The translations under genes and the position numbers were made by a program. Of a stretch of 64,000 nucleotides of DNA, positions 39,749 through 51,055 are shown one piece after another. The stretch is from a virus. The DNA lies in IMG/VR virus record IMGVR_UViG_3300014720_000003, positions 1 to 64,000 of that record, one strand, 5' to 3'. Each line of letters opens with the position of its first letter. Positions within the stretch are counted from its first letter, which is position 1. The notes beneath the pieces are model-generated. The model did not search any database, was not told where the DNA came from, and was given only the letters and a program-made list of their open reading frames with translations.

Positions 39749-41747
39749 TGATGCGTGGCTAGGTCTTGGTGATCTTGCCTCTTTGCAAATAGCTAAAAAT
39801 CCTATGATAGGACGAAGCAAAGAAGATATAGAAAATCCTGATCTTCATTTGCTGCGTCTTCTTCGAGATCCTAAATATTTTGGATCATCGTGCAAGTTAT
39901 TATTTGGTATAGAGCTTCATCCTATTCAGGTAGCGATATTACAAGAATTTTGGATTCGTCCTTTTCCAATGTTTGTTGCTAGTCGTGGTTTTGGTAAAAG
40001 TTTTCTATTAGCATTGTACTGTATTTTACGCATGGTATTTTGTCCTGGTACTAAAATTGTGATAGTGGGCGCTGCTTTCCGACAAAGTAAAATCATTTTT
40101 GAATATATGGAAACTATATGGCGCAGCAGCCAGATTCTGAGAAACCTATTTAATGGAAACGATGATGGTCCGCGTCGAGATGTTGATAGATGCACTATAA
40201 GATTAGGAGATAGTTGGGCAGTGGCTATTCCTATGGGTGATGGTAGTAAAATTAGAGGCTTAAGAGCGCATATTATCATCGCGGACGAGTTCGCATCAAT
40301 ATCTCCAGATATCTATGAAACCGTTGTTTCAGGGTTCGCTGCTGTGTCGGCTAGTCCTATCCAAAATGTTAAAGAAGAAGCTAAAAAAGCTGCTATGAAA
40401 CAAGCAGGATTATGGAACGATGAGCTAGAAGCTATACAAATTAAAAAAGGTAACCAAGCTATAATATCTGGTACAGCAGATTATAGTTTTAAACATTTTG
40501 CTAGTTATTGGAAACGATATAAACAAATTATCAATAGTCGCGGAGATAAAAAAAAGCTTGAAGAAATTTTTAAAGGAGAAGTGCCAGAAAGCTTTAATTG
40601 GAAAGACTATAGTATAGTTAGAATCCCATATGAACTCATTCCTAAAGGATTTATGGATGATAAGCAAGTTAGTAGAGCTAAAGCCACAATTCATACTGGT
40701 ATTTACAATATGGAATACGCCGCATGTTTTACAGAAGATAGTGATGGATTCTTCAGAAGAAGTCTCATAGAAAGTTGTGTAGTTAATGAAACAAAACCCA
40801 TATCTATTAATGAGCAAAATATTCTTTTCGATGTTAGACTAAAAGGAGATCCAAACCTCAAATACGTCTACGGTGTCGATCCTGCATCAGAAAAAGATAA
40901 TTTTAGTATAGTAGTTTTAGAATTACATCCAACCCATAGTCGCATAATATATACTTGGACTACAAATCGTAATAATTTTAAAGATAGACAACAGACCGGA
41001 TTAATTAATGAGTTTGATTTTTATAGTTTTTGTGCTCGTAAAATACGTAATTTGATGAAAGTTTTTCCGTGTCACAGAATAGGTATGGATGCTCAAGGTG
41101 GGGGCGTAGCGATAGAAGAGGCTTTACACGACCCAGGAAAACTAGAAGATGGAGAAATATTAATTTGGCCCGCTATAGATTTATCTAAACCTAAAGACAC
41201 AGATGATCAAGCCGGATTACATATTCTTGAACTTATACAATTCGCTAGAGCAGACTGGACAGCGCAAGCAAATCATGGCCTACGAAAAGATCTAGAAGAT
41301 AAAGTATTATTATTTCCACGATTTGATCAGGTGAGTTTGGCCCTAGCTCTTGACAGAGAAGGAAAGGATATTATGAAAGAAGGATTGGACAATCTATATG
41401 ACTGCGAAAGTGAATGTATTTTAGAAATAGAAGAATTAAAAAATGAACTCACAACGATAGTGATGAGTCAGACTAGCACCGGACCAAATGCTAGAGATAG
41501 ATGGGATACTCCAGAAGTTAAACTTCCTAATGGGAAAAAGGGTAAATTGAGAAAAGACCGATATAGCGCGCTATTAATAGCAAATATGTTAGCAAGACAA
41601 ATTAGTAGAACTTTAGATATGGTCAATTATGATATTATAGGAAATGATTTACGCTTCATGGAGAAAAAAGAAGGTCAAATGTATAAAGGACCAAATTGGT
41701 TTACAGACGGAGCTAATACTAATATATATACAGGGATTTATCGTTAA
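39726..41747 (+). CDS. terL: terminase large subunit
   Basis: Walker A ASRGFGKS, IRGLRA, Walker B IIIADE, nuclease YGVDPA. Confidence 0.93.
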   Translation: METISTFDDAWLGLGDLASLQIAKNPMIGRSKEDIENPDLHLLRLLRDPKYFGSSCKLLFGIELHPIQVAILQEFWIRPFPMFVASRGFGKSFLLALYCILRMVFCPGTKIVIVGAAFRQSKIIFEYMETIWRSSQILRNLFNGNDDGPRRDVDRCTIRLGDSWAVAIPMGDGSKIRGLRAHIIIADEFASISPDIYETVVSGFAAVSASPIQNVKEEAKKAAMKQAGLWNDELEAIQIKKGNQAIISGTADYSFKHFASYWKRYKQIINSRGDKKKLEEIFKGEVPESFNWKDYSIVRIPYELIPKGFMDDKQVSRAKATIHTGIYNMEYAACFTEDSDGFFRRSLIESCVVNETKPISINEQNILFDVRLKGDPNLKYVYGVDPASEKDNFSIVVLELHPTHSRIIYTWTTNRNNFKDRQQTGLINEFDFYSFCARKIRNLMKVFPCHRIGMDAQGGGVAIEEALHDPGKLEDGEILIWPAIDLSKPKDTDDQAGLHILELIQFARADWTAQANHGLRKDLEDKVLLFPRFDQVSLALALDREGKDIMKEGLDNLYDCESECILEIEELKNELTTIVMSQTSTGPNARDRWDTPEVKLPNGKKGKLRKDRYSALLIANMLARQISRTLDMVNYDIIGNDLRFMEKKEGQMYKGPNWFTDGANTNIYTGIYR

Positions 41748-41795
41748 ACAGTGTAATTAATATTAATCCTATAACAATACTATTGTAATTCTATT

Positions 41796-43988
41796 ATGCC
41801 TAGAAAAAAATATCCTAAAAGCGAAGCAATGGAACAATCTTCCCCAATTATTCCTGATAATGCTTATGTTACATGGTCAGACGATAATTTAGCCGATAAA
41901 AGAGAAGCACTAAGGGAAGCTAGCAAAGGATTAGACGAATTCGGAATAGCTGATAAAGCTACTGCTGCTACCACTAGTAGATTTCGTAGTTTTATCAATC
42001 TAGATGGTAATACCTCTGGTCGTCCAGGATTTAATAGAGCAGATTATGATTATTTCAGACCCGATGAGGCTGTACCGACTAGACTAAAAGAAATTTTTGC
42101 TAATTGTGATGCTGTTTACAATAGAGTTGGCTTAGTAAAAAATGTTATTGATCTTATGGGAGATTTTGCTAGTCAAGGTATTAGATTAGTTCATCCTAAC
42201 AAAAGAATAGAAAGATTTTATCGTAATTGGTTTGATAAAATCAAAGGAGAGGAACGAAGCGAAAGATTTTTAAATAATCTGTATCGCATAGGGAATGTTG
42301 TAATTAATCGTCAAACAGCTAAAATTAGTATTAAAGTTGCTGATGAAATGTATAGAGCTAAAGCTTCTCCAGATTTTATGATTAATAATGATGATGTACA
42401 AATAGAAAAAAGAGAAATTCCTTGGAGATATACATTTATAGATCCTCAATATGTTGATGTTATTGGTGCTTCTTTATCTTCTTTTGTAAGTGATAAGTCA
42501 TATTCAATCACTATGCCAGCAGGATTGCGCAAATTGATCAATGCTCCGAAAGACGATGCTGAAAGAGCAATTATCAATCAGTTACCACCGGCTCTAGTTG
42601 AAGCAGCAAAAAGTAAAAAACCATTCCCATTAGATCCCGAAAAAACATCTGTTTTCCACTATAAGAAAGACGATTGGAAAACTTGGGCATATCCTATGAT
42701 ATATGCTATATTAGATGATATTAATATTGTAGAAAAATTAAAGTTAGCTGACCTTGCTGCTCTGGATGGTGCTATTAGCAATATTCGTATTTTTAAATTA
42801 GGTAGTTTAGAACATAGAATAGCTCCAACTCAAGCTGCTGCTAGTAAACTTAGTAGTATACTACAAAATAATATGGGTGGTGGCACAATGGACCTAGTAT
42901 GGGGTCCAGATATTGAACTACTGGAAAGCAAGACAAGTGTTCATCAATTTTTAGGCGAGGGTAAATATACTCCTCATTTAAATGCTATATATGCTGGGCT
43001 AGGTATTCCACCCACTCTCACAGGAACATATGGTGCCGCTGGAACTACAAACAATTTTATCAGTTTAAAAACCCTAACGCAAAGATTACAATATGGACGC
43101 AAAGTATTAATGAGTTTTTGGAAAAAAGAAATAGCAATCGTACAGAAGGCGATGGGATTCAGATTTCCTGCTAAAATAGAATTTGATAGAATGGACCTGA
43201 GCAATGAAGATGCTGAAAAAGCATTACTAATTCAATTAGCAGATAGAAATATTATTAGTGATGAATTATTACAAAGAATATTTGGTTTTGATCCAGATAT
43301 GGAGAAGAGTAGAATTAATAGAGAAGATAGAGATAGAACTAATAATAGAATGACAGAAAAAGCTGGTCCATATTTTAATCCGCAACTAGAAGATAATCTT
43401 AAAAAGATTGCTTTGCAAACTGGTATAGTCACACCTAGCCAAGTTGGTCTAGAATTATTAAAAAAGAAACCTAGTGAGCAGACCAGTATGGAAATGAAAA
43501 TTCCTAAAATTCCACCTCAAGGTGGTAATACTAATATAGATAGTAAACCAGCAGGAGTTTCTGGTCAGGGTCGTCCTAGGAATAGTAAAGACTCAGAAAA
43601 AAGAAAAACGAAAAAGTTTGCTCCTCAAACAGGGGCATCATTACAACTCTGGGCTATAGAAGCTCAAGATAAAATTTCTGAGATTTTGAATCCTCTTTTA
43701 CTAGAATTCTATCAGAAGAAAAATATGAGAAGTTTATCAAAATCAGAATATGATGAGGCAGAAGATACTAAAACAAAAATTTTTCTATCATTAGATGCGC
43801 TAGAAAATATTCAAACAGATAATATTATAGCAAAACTTAACACTATTAATAATACAGAAACTCTTAATATTAGTAAGGCCTATAAAAACTTGTTAAATAA
43901 TGTTGCGTCACAAATGAATAGGCCCTTAACCACTGATGAATTAAAGTATACAAAAGCATATTTTTATCAAACGGTGTATGATTCTTAA
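41796..43988 (+). CDS. portal protein
   Basis: 730 aa directly after terL; helical; GIPP.L motif. Confidence 0.8.
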   Translation: MPRKKYPKSEAMEQSSPIIPDNAYVTWSDDNLADKREALREASKGLDEFGIADKATAATTSRFRSFINLDGNTSGRPGFNRADYDYFRPDEAVPTRLKEIFANCDAVYNRVGLVKNVIDLMGDFASQGIRLVHPNKRIERFYRNWFDKIKGEERSERFLNNLYRIGNVVINRQTAKISIKVADEMYRAKASPDFMINNDDVQIEKREIPWRYTFIDPQYVDVIGASLSSFVSDKSYSITMPAGLRKLINAPKDDAERAIINQLPPALVEAAKSKKPFPLDPEKTSVFHYKKDDWKTWAYPMIYAILDDINIVEKLKLADLAALDGAISNIRIFKLGSLEHRIAPTQAAASKLSSILQNNMGGGTMDLVWGPDIELLESKTSVHQFLGEGKYTPHLNAIYAGLGIPPTLTGTYGAAGTTNNFISLKTLTQRLQYGRKVLMSFWKKEIAIVQKAMGFRFPAKIEFDRMDLSNEDAEKALLIQLADRNIISDELLQRIFGFDPDMEKSRINREDRDRTNNRMTEKAGPYFNPQLEDNLKKIALQTGIVTPSQVGLELLKKKPSEQTSMEMKIPKIPPQGGNTNIDSKPAGVSGQGRPRNSKDSEKRKTKKFAPQTGASLQLWAIEAQDKISEILNPLLLEFYQKKNMRSLSKSEYDEAEDTKTKIFLSLDALENIQTDNIIAKLNTINNTETLNISKAYKNLLNNVASQMNRPLTTDELKYTKAYFYQTVYDS

Positions 43989-44006
43989 TGCAAAACCCTT
44001 TATTTA

Positions 44007-45491
44007 ATGCGTATTATGAATATATATCAACATGAAATTGATGCGGGTCTATCTGATCAATTATCAGCCAGGGCCTCAATAGTATATGCATCACAAGTAG
44101 AAAAATCAAATTCATCTTGTAATACTAAAATTAAACAAGAAGTAGAAAAAATCATTAAAACATCCGCTGGACTACAAGATAGTGATCTATACTACACTCA
44201 GTCAATTCTTGTAACAACATCATGGAATAAAAATGATGATATTTTTGATCCTAGAGAAGTATGGATGGCTAAGGATACACCAACACATAAACCAACAAAT
44301 TTAGAGCATGACGAAGGCACTATTGTTGGTCATATCACTTCTAACTGGCCCATAGGGGAAGATGGTCAAATTATAGATGAAAATATAGATATAAATAATT
44401 TACCAGAAAAATTTCATATATTAACTGGTTCTGTTATTTATGCTGGATTTACTGAACCATCTCTCAAAGAAAGATCATATAAATTAATATCAGAAATCGA
44501 AAGTGGCGATAAATATGTTAGTATGGAATGTTTTTTTAAGGGCTTTGATTATGGCCTAATAGATAAAAGCACTGGTAAATATTATGTTTTACCAAGAAAT
44601 GCTGAAACCGCATTCTTAACCCAGCATCTTAGAGCATATGGGGGTGTTGGTGAACACCAAAACTATAAACTAGGTAGAGTATTAAGATCTATAACCTTCT
44701 CTGGTAAAGGATTTGTTAGTAGACCAGCAAATCCAGAAAGTATTATTTTTACAGTTGATGACTTAAAATTAGAGAAAGAAAAAGCAGAACTACAAATTAA
44801 TAATCAAAAAAATGACAATTCTTCGAATATAGGTGTATTTTCAATTCAAGCCAATTTAAAGGAGATGACTATGAGTGTTGAAACACAACCCGCAGAAACT
44901 GAAGTAACAGAAAATCCAGTAGCAGAGGCCACAACAGTTGTTGAGGCACCAGTTTCTGATACTCAAATAGTTGCTGAACTAGAAGCTCTAAAAGTACTTC
45001 ATGAAGAAGCAGCTAAAAAGATGGCCGAAGACATGAAAAATAAAGAAGACGAAATGGAAAAAATGAAAGCAGAGATCGTCGCTGCTCAAGAGGTCATTGC
45101 TGCTTATAAAACAAAAGAAGCAGAAATGATGAAAAAGACCAAAAATATGAAACGTATGGCTGCTCTAGTTGAAAAAGGTATTGACTCTGATTTAGCAAGC
45201 GCAACAGTCGATAAATTAGAAAATATTGATGACGAAGCATTTGAGAGCATGACCTCTCTTATTGCTGGTAAAATGCCAGATTGGCTAATGAAGAAAAAAG
45301 AGCAAGATAAACCAAAAGCATCAGAAGTAGCTCCGGAAGAATCAATTCTTGAAACAGCTGAAGCTTCTGAAGATGTGGTTTTAAGTGTTGGTACAGATAT
45401 CAATCTAGTAAATGAAATTCAGAATACAAGAGCAGCTTTAGTTGATTTTGTTTGTAATAGATTAGGCACAAAACTTAATAAGGGAGAGTGA
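44007..45491 (+). CDS. prohead protease / scaffold fusion
   Basis: N.NDD.F, EHD..IVGH, VSMEC, F.G.GFV..PANP protease motifs; C-terminal acidic coiled coil. Confidence 0.8.
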   Translation: MRIMNIYQHEIDAGLSDQLSARASIVYASQVEKSNSSCNTKIKQEVEKIIKTSAGLQDSDLYYTQSILVTTSWNKNDDIFDPREVWMAKDTPTHKPTNLEHDEGTIVGHITSNWPIGEDGQIIDENIDINNLPEKFHILTGSVIYAGFTEPSLKERSYKLISEIESGDKYVSMECFFKGFDYGLIDKSTGKYYVLPRNAETAFLTQHLRAYGGVGEHQNYKLGRVLRSITFSGKGFVSRPANPESIIFTVDDLKLEKEKAELQINNQKNDNSSNIGVFSIQANLKEMTMSVETQPAETEVTENPVAEATTVVEAPVSDTQIVAELEALKVLHEEAAKKMAEDMKNKEDEMEKMKAEIVAAQEVIAAYKTKEAEMMKKTKNMKRMAALVEKGIDSDLASATVDKLENIDDEAFESMTSLIAGKMPDWLMKKKEQDKPKASEVAPEESILETAEASEDVVLSVGTDINLVNEIQNTRAALVDFVCNRLGTKLNKGE

Positions 45492-45493
45492 AC

Positions 45494-45958
45494 ATGGCTT
45501 TAAAATCAGATCGCGTTGAAGCATACACTGATATATCATTTTTTTGCAACGACACCACAGCAGAACGTGGCGGTATTATGGTACACGCTACAGGTGTTGC
45601 CGGTTCGGGCGTTGCTATGGATCATCCTGATGCTGTTGTAACCTATGCTGCTACCGCCTCTGGCAGAGTTCCAGCTGGTTTACTACTAAACGATGTTGTT
45701 AATCTTGATCTAACAAGACAACACATTAACTGGCATAAAGATGAAGTCCAAACAGGTAGTAAAGTAACACTATTACGTCAGGGTCAAGTTACAACCAATA
45801 GTATCGTATCGGGTGTAACAGTCGGTCCTGGTTCTGGTGCTTATGTTGGCGCTAATGGCAACCTAACCACTGTATCAACAAACAGTGTACAAGTAGGTAG
45901 ATTCTTAAGTGCCAAAGATGCAGATGGTTATGCAAAAGTTGACATTAATCTAACATGA
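45494..45958 (+). CDS. head decoration / capsid cement protein
   Basis: Gly-rich beta protein between scaffold and major capsid genes. Confidence 0.65.
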   Translation: MALKSDRVEAYTDISFFCNDTTAERGGIMVHATGVAGSGVAMDHPDAVVTYAATASGRVPAGLLLNDVVNLDLTRQHINWHKDEVQTGSKVTLLRQGQVTTNSIVSGVTVGPGSGAYVGANGNLTTVSTNSVQVGRFLSAKDADGYAKVDINLT

Positions 45959-45972
45959 TAAGGGAGAAAAAT

Positions 45973-47001
45973 ATGGCCAATAAAAAGTTTGAACCAACAT
46001 CAGAACTAACTGATCTTCTAGTTCGTTCTGGTTCTTTTCAGAAAGAAGAGGCTTTAGCAGCAAATCATGAATTTGCAAAAGCTCTCGAACTTCCTCTGCG
46101 TCAAGGTGTTCTTAGTGGTAATATCCTAGATAACATTTTTGAGCCAATCCAACTAGCTCAAAGTGCTACTCCAGAATTTCCACTAGATTTCTTAGCTCCT
46201 GGCACAGAAAAAGATTTTGTGGCTTATACCATCCCAAATCATGGTTATATTCCACAAAAGCATGTTGAGGGCGATTATGTCATGGTTCCAACCTATGACA
46301 TTGGTGCTAGTATCGATTATCTTCTAAAGTATGCTCGTGACGCCCGCTGGGACGTTGTTGGTCGTGCTATGGAAGTTCTCGAAGCTCAATTTGTTAAGAA
46401 AATGAATGATGATGGTTGGCACACTCTACTAGCTGCTGGTGTTGATCGTAACATCATAGTTTATGATGCCGATTCTGATCCAGGCGTTTTCAGCAAGAGA
46501 CTAGTTTCTCTAATGAAGACCGTTATGCGTCGTAACGGTGGTGGTAATAGTGCTAGTAATAATCGTGGTATGTTAACAGATCTTTATGTTAGTCCAGAAG
46601 CTATGGAAGACATTCGTAATTGGGGTCTAGATCAAATTGACGAAGTAACTCGTCGTGAGATCTATACTGCTACTGATGGTGCTATCAATCGCGTTTTTGG
46701 TGTTAATCTCCATGATCGTGATGAACTAGGTGAAGGTCAACAGTACCAATTATTCTATAGTAATGTGCTTAGTGGCACACTACCACAGAATGCTGGTGGT
46801 GATAGTAATAATGACAAGGTTGAACTTGTTGTTGGCCTTGATCTTCGTAAGAGAGATAGCTTTATTATGCCAGTTCGTCAAGAAGTACAAATCTTCGAAG
46901 ACGATACACTACATCGTCAAAAACGAGCTGGTTTCTATGGTTGGGCTGAACAAGGTTTTGCTGTTCTCGATAATCGTAGAGTTCTACTTGGCGCTCTCTG
47001 A
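45973..47001 (+). CDS. major capsid protein
   Basis: 342 aa, strong RBS, high-expression codon bias, synteny, followed by terminator. Confidence 0.85.
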   Translation: MANKKFEPTSELTDLLVRSGSFQKEEALAANHEFAKALELPLRQGVLSGNILDNIFEPIQLAQSATPEFPLDFLAPGTEKDFVAYTIPNHGYIPQKHVEGDYVMVPTYDIGASIDYLLKYARDARWDVVGRAMEVLEAQFVKKMNDDGWHTLLAAGVDRNIIVYDADSDPGVFSKRLVSLMKTVMRRNGGGNSASNNRGMLTDLYVSPEAMEDIRNWGLDQIDEVTRREIYTATDGAINRVFGVNLHDRDELGEGQQYQLFYSNVLSGTLPQNAGGDSNNDKVELVVGLDLRKRDSFIMPVRQEVQIFEDDTLHRQKRAGFYGWAEQGFAVLDNRRVLLGAL

Positions 47002-47021
47002 TCATTATTAATGTTGTTTCT

Positions 47022-47056
47022 AAAAAAAGGCTGGCCTTGTGCCGGCCTTTTTTTTT
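47022..47056 (+). terminator. bidirectional rho-independent terminator
   Basis: A7-GGCTGGC-CTTGT-GCCGGCC-T9. Confidence 0.9.
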
Positions 47057-47098
47057 AGGTGTATATACAAGTATCATCTTTTTTAAAAAGGACATTTT

Positions 47099-47623
47099 AT
47101 GGCATGGCAACCAACTCTTACGTTAATTGTTAGAAATCTAATTAATGATGTTAATACTCCGTATGAATTTAGCGATAGTAGAATAGAACAAGTATTAGTA
47201 GTTGCTGGTCAATATGTTCAATTTGATGTTAATTTAGCAATACGTTATGAAATAGATGTTATTAATAAAACATTTACTCCAGATCCAGTAGTTGGTAAAG
47301 ATGATATATTTAATAGTATTGTTTGTTTAAAGGCTGCTTGTATTATTGATCAAGGAACATTTAGAACTAAAGCAGCACTTGAAGGTATTAGTACTAAGTT
47401 GGGTCCAGCAGTACTAAATCTATCTGGCACACTGCAAGGATGGAAATCTATTATAGAGCACGGAGCTTGTGCTCTATATGATCAATTAACAGAACATTGG
47501 GATGTACAAAATGCCACAGCATGGGCAGCTGTACTATCCCCATTTGTCGGTAACAGATTTGATCCTCGATACTTACATAGTGGACCATTCAGAAGTTTAG
47601 GTAATAACGACTTTTATTCATGA
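47099..47623 (+). CDS. putative head-tail adaptor
   Basis: Synteny; VR.LI.D......FSD..I motif. Confidence 0.6.
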   Translation: MAWQPTLTLIVRNLINDVNTPYEFSDSRIEQVLVVAGQYVQFDVNLAIRYEIDVINKTFTPDPVVGKDDIFNSIVCLKAACIIDQGTFRTKAALEGISTKLGPAVLNLSGTLQGWKSIIEHGACALYDQLTEHWDVQNATAWAAVLSPFVGNRFDPRYLHSGPFRSLGNNDFYS

Positions 47624-47639
47624 TTAGGATCAATTATCG

Positions 47640-48185
47640 ATGGTTGTTAATTTTAACCAACTAAAAGCAATATATAACCAACAAATTAATTTATTGTTGA
47701 GTTCTACTGGTTTAACAACCCAATGTGTTTTTAGTTTTGGAACAACAAAGACCAATATCTGCCCAAATTGTATATATGATCCTAACTTAAAAAAATCAGC
47801 TAATAAATATAAATCTGGAGGTCCAGTACCATTTGCTGTTGGTAGAATATGTCCTTATTGTAATGGTATTGGTTTTTATGGAGACACTAAAACTGAGTGT
47901 GGATATTTAGCAATATTATGGGATTATAAAACCTGGATTAATCCTCCTACTAATATTAGCAATCCAGAAGGATATATTCAAACAATATGTGATAAAACAT
48001 ATCTGAGTACTATACGTAATTGCAAGGATATTACTGTATTATATCACAACAGTAAGTCTAATCCTGTTTTTGAATTACATGAAGAACCAAATCCAGCTGG
48101 TTTAGGAGATAATAATTATTTAATTTGTACATGGAAGAAAGTTGGTGTTAGTGATAGAGTATATGTTTGTCCATCAGTTATATGA
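47640..48185 (+). CDS. putative head closure protein
   Basis: Synteny; CPNC and CPYC.G.G zinc motifs. Confidence 0.55.
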   Translation: MVVNFNQLKAIYNQQINLLLSSTGLTTQCVFSFGTTKTNICPNCIYDPNLKKSANKYKSGGPVPFAVGRICPYCNGIGFYGDTKTECGYLAILWDYKTWINPPTNISNPEGYIQTICDKTYLSTIRNCKDITVLYHNSKSNPVFELHEEPNPAGLGDNNYLICTWKKVGVSDRVYVCPSVI

Positions 48186-48212
48186 GCAATGTCAAATTAT
48201 TCTTAATAAATT

Positions 48213-48851
48213 ATGAGATACTCTATAAAAATTTTAGAATCTAATCAGGACATTACTAGCGCTATCAATAAGGCTTTACTGTCTCAAGTATCGACTTTTA
48301 TGAATGATGCTTTTAATGAATTAAAACAATATTTACCAAACATTATTACCACAGCTATAACTAGTGCTCCAGAATATAACTCTTTAATTCGAGGTACGCT
48401 TAGATATCATTTAGGTTTAGTTGATGCTGGCTCTAAAATAGATGGATTAATTAATATATGGATAAATAATATAGAATATAATTATAGTCCGCCGTTTATT
48501 AGTAATAATAAAATTAGTAGTAAATTTAGTGCTAATTTAATTAGAGCAGACCTATCCGATGTATTATATTCAGAATATGCTCATATGATTGATACTTATA
48601 GGGGCTATAGTTTACCCTGGTTAGAATGGTTACTATTAGATGGTACTCAAAATTTAGTAAACAACTATGAAATAGTTATTGGTCCTAATAAATATTCTAG
48701 AACGGGGTATGCTATAATGAAACCAGCTTCGGGTAGCTGGTCTGTTCCATCAGAATTTGCTGGTACTATAACAGATAACTGGATAACAAGAGCCATACAA
48801 ACATCAGAAACAGATATTAACAACTTATTAAGAAAGATTTTTTCACTATGA
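48213..48851 (+). CDS. putative neck/tail completion protein
   Basis: Synteny. Confidence 0.5.
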   Translation: MRYSIKILESNQDITSAINKALLSQVSTFMNDAFNELKQYLPNIITTAITSAPEYNSLIRGTLRYHLGLVDAGSKIDGLINIWINNIEYNYSPPFISNNKISSKFSANLIRADLSDVLYSEYAHMIDTYRGYSLPWLEWLLLDGTQNLVNNYEIVIGPNKYSRTGYAIMKPASGSWSVPSEFAGTITDNWITRAIQTSETDINNLLRKIFSL

Positions 48852-49807
48852 GTTATCCTTGTGAATTTAATAGTCAATTTAAAAGTATTTCTAATATCAC
48901 AGAAGATTTACTACTAAATATTATAGAAACTAACTTTAAAAGTTTCTTAGATTGGTCTTTTTTACGAATTGGTGCATGGATGGATGTCTCACAGGGAAAT
49001 GGTAGTTTATATGGTGGTTGGCCCCCATATCAATTAATGAGCGTTGAGGACCCTTCTTATACGGATGGTCAGGTATGGCAAGCATTTAAAAAAGACTGGG
49101 TCTACGAGCATTGGGTAACTCATAACAGCCTGTCTCCCACTAGGATAACAGCAGTTTATATCAATGGTTCATGGATACCTTATTCTTTGGGTGATTTTAT
49201 TATTAATTATCCTCTTGGAAGAATCATCTTCAATTCACCCATTGCAACAACATCTGTAGTATATTTAGACTATAGTTATAGAACAGTACAAGTATATAGG
49301 GCTAATGATGCTCCGTGGTTCCAAATTCTACAATATATGAGTTATGATACTAATAATCCAGATTTACAACAAATTTCGGATGGAGAATGGGCTATTGGAG
49401 GTAATCATAGGGTACAAATGCCATGTATTATTATAGAATCATTATCTAGGTCTCGTTCTCGACCAAGAGAAATTGGTAGTCAAGGCTTAATATTAGAGCA
49501 AGATGTTTTATTTCATATAGTTTCTGATAATAAAAATGATAGAAATAAACTATTAGATATTTTACGCCTACAACAAGATTTGAATCATTGGCTTTATAAT
49601 ACTAATAAACTAGCTGAAGACGATAAATATCCACTAGATTATAATGGTGATTTAAAAGCTAATCCATTAACTTATCCACAAATTCTAGAACAATATAAAT
49701 GGAGAAAATGTTGGTGGAAAAATGTGGTTTTAATGGAGGTAGCATCTCCTCATCATAGATTACATCAAGGTTCGGTTAGAGCTACAATAGAAATTATTTA
49801 TGAATAA
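48848..49807 (+). CDS. putative tail terminator
   Basis: Synteny, just before the tube gene. Confidence 0.5.
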   Translation: MSYPCEFNSQFKSISNITEDLLLNIIETNFKSFLDWSFLRIGAWMDVSQGNGSLYGGWPPYQLMSVEDPSYTDGQVWQAFKKDWVYEHWVTHNSLSPTRITAVYINGSWIPYSLGDFIINYPLGRIIFNSPIATTSVVYLDYSYRTVQVYRANDAPWFQILQYMSYDTNNPDLQQISDGEWAIGGNHRVQMPCIIIESLSRSRSRPREIGSQGLILEQDVLFHIVSDNKNDRNKLLDILRLQQDLNHWLYNTNKLAEDDKYPLDYNGDLKANPLTYPQILEQYKWRKCWWKNVVLMEVASPHHRLHQGSVRATIEIIYE

Positions 49808-49912
49808 TTTAGCCATTTTTATCAAAAAATACATATACTTTTTATTCTTTGTGTGTATCTTATAGTAAGGTCAAAACTACTGCAATTTTCCTAATAACGT
49901 GTGGAGATAATT

Positions 49913-51016
49913 ATGGCCAATAATCGTATTTACTATGCAATTCAACAAGTTGAACTAGGCCCAGCTGCTGGTTCCCCAACCCATATTCACGGTTTACAAA
50001 CTGTTGGTATAACAACCAACTTTAATCTCGAACAAGTTTTCGAGATGGGCCAATTAGCCATCTACCAAAACGTAGAAGAAGTACCAGATATTGAAGTTAC
50101 ACTCAATAAAGTACTAGATGGTTATCCTCTTATTTATACTCTAGCAACAGAAACAGGGTCGAGTGTTGCTGCGGGTTTGACGGCCGTTAACCCCACTATC
50201 CCTGGTCGTCAGAATGCTCGTACAGATATGAGACTATCTATATATCCTGATACTAGTGTTTGCGCTAGTGGTAATTCGATTAATGCAGTAGTATGCTCTG
50301 GTATGTATGTTAGTAGTGTTAGTTATACCTTCCCCGTTGATGGTAATTTCACAGAAGATGTGACTCTAGTAGGAAATAATAAGGTTTGGTCAACAACTGT
50401 AGTCACCGGAGATTTTAGTGGCAATAATGATGCTCCACTATCAACAACTGGTGTGGGTCGTAGACAATATCTTAATATGGAAGCTTGCAGATTTCCAAGC
50501 CAAATCCCAGGAATTAGTGCTGGTGGCGTGAATAGTCTAATTGGTAATGGTAGCGGTTATGGCGCGCATTTTCAAAATATCACTGTGAGTTGCGATTTTG
50601 GTCGTGAAGCTATTCAAGAACTAGGTACATTTGCTCCTTATCATCGTTTCGTTACATTCCCAGTAGAAGTAACAAGTGAGTTCGAAGTTGTTGCTATCAG
50701 TGGTGACTGGATCCAAGCTAGTGAAAGTGGTTACTATGCTGGTCTAACTGGAACTACAGTTGCCACAGCAAGTGACACTGGTTGCACAGCTCGTCATAAT
50801 CTACTAGATCAAACGATCTTCCTAGAAACTTGCGAAGGCACCAGAATCTATCTTGGCACCAAGAATAAACTTACTAGTGTTAACTATACTGGTGGTGATA
50901 CTGGTGGTGGTAATGTTAGTGTATCATATAGTTACTCTACATTCAATGATTTCGTAGTTGCTCATTCCGGAGGTAGTTTCTATATTCAATTAGCTAATAG
51001 TACCTATACTCCTTGA
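49913..51016 (+). CDS. major tail tube protein
   Basis: GLQTVGITT.F.LEQ.FE.GQ; T/G/V-rich beta protein; high-expression codons. Confidence 0.7.
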   Translation: MANNRIYYAIQQVELGPAAGSPTHIHGLQTVGITTNFNLEQVFEMGQLAIYQNVEEVPDIEVTLNKVLDGYPLIYTLATETGSSVAAGLTAVNPTIPGRQNARTDMRLSIYPDTSVCASGNSINAVVCSGMYVSSVSYTFPVDGNFTEDVTLVGNNKVWSTTVVTGDFSGNNDAPLSTTGVGRRQYLNMEACRFPSQIPGISAGGVNSLIGNGSGYGAHFQNITVSCDFGREAIQELGTFAPYHRFVTFPVEVTSEFEVVAISGDWIQASESGYYAGLTGTTVATASDTGCTARHNLLDQTIFLETCEGTRIYLGTKNKLTSVNYTGGDTGGGNVSVSYSYSTFNDFVVAHSGGSFYIQLANSTYTP

Positions 51017-51055
51017 GCAGATTAGTATAAAGATACTGGATTAATTTTTCGGATT

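Noticed and set aside
39726-47001. Introns or inteins in terminase, portal or capsid genes
   Set aside because: ORFs are continuous and no splicing motifs were recognised
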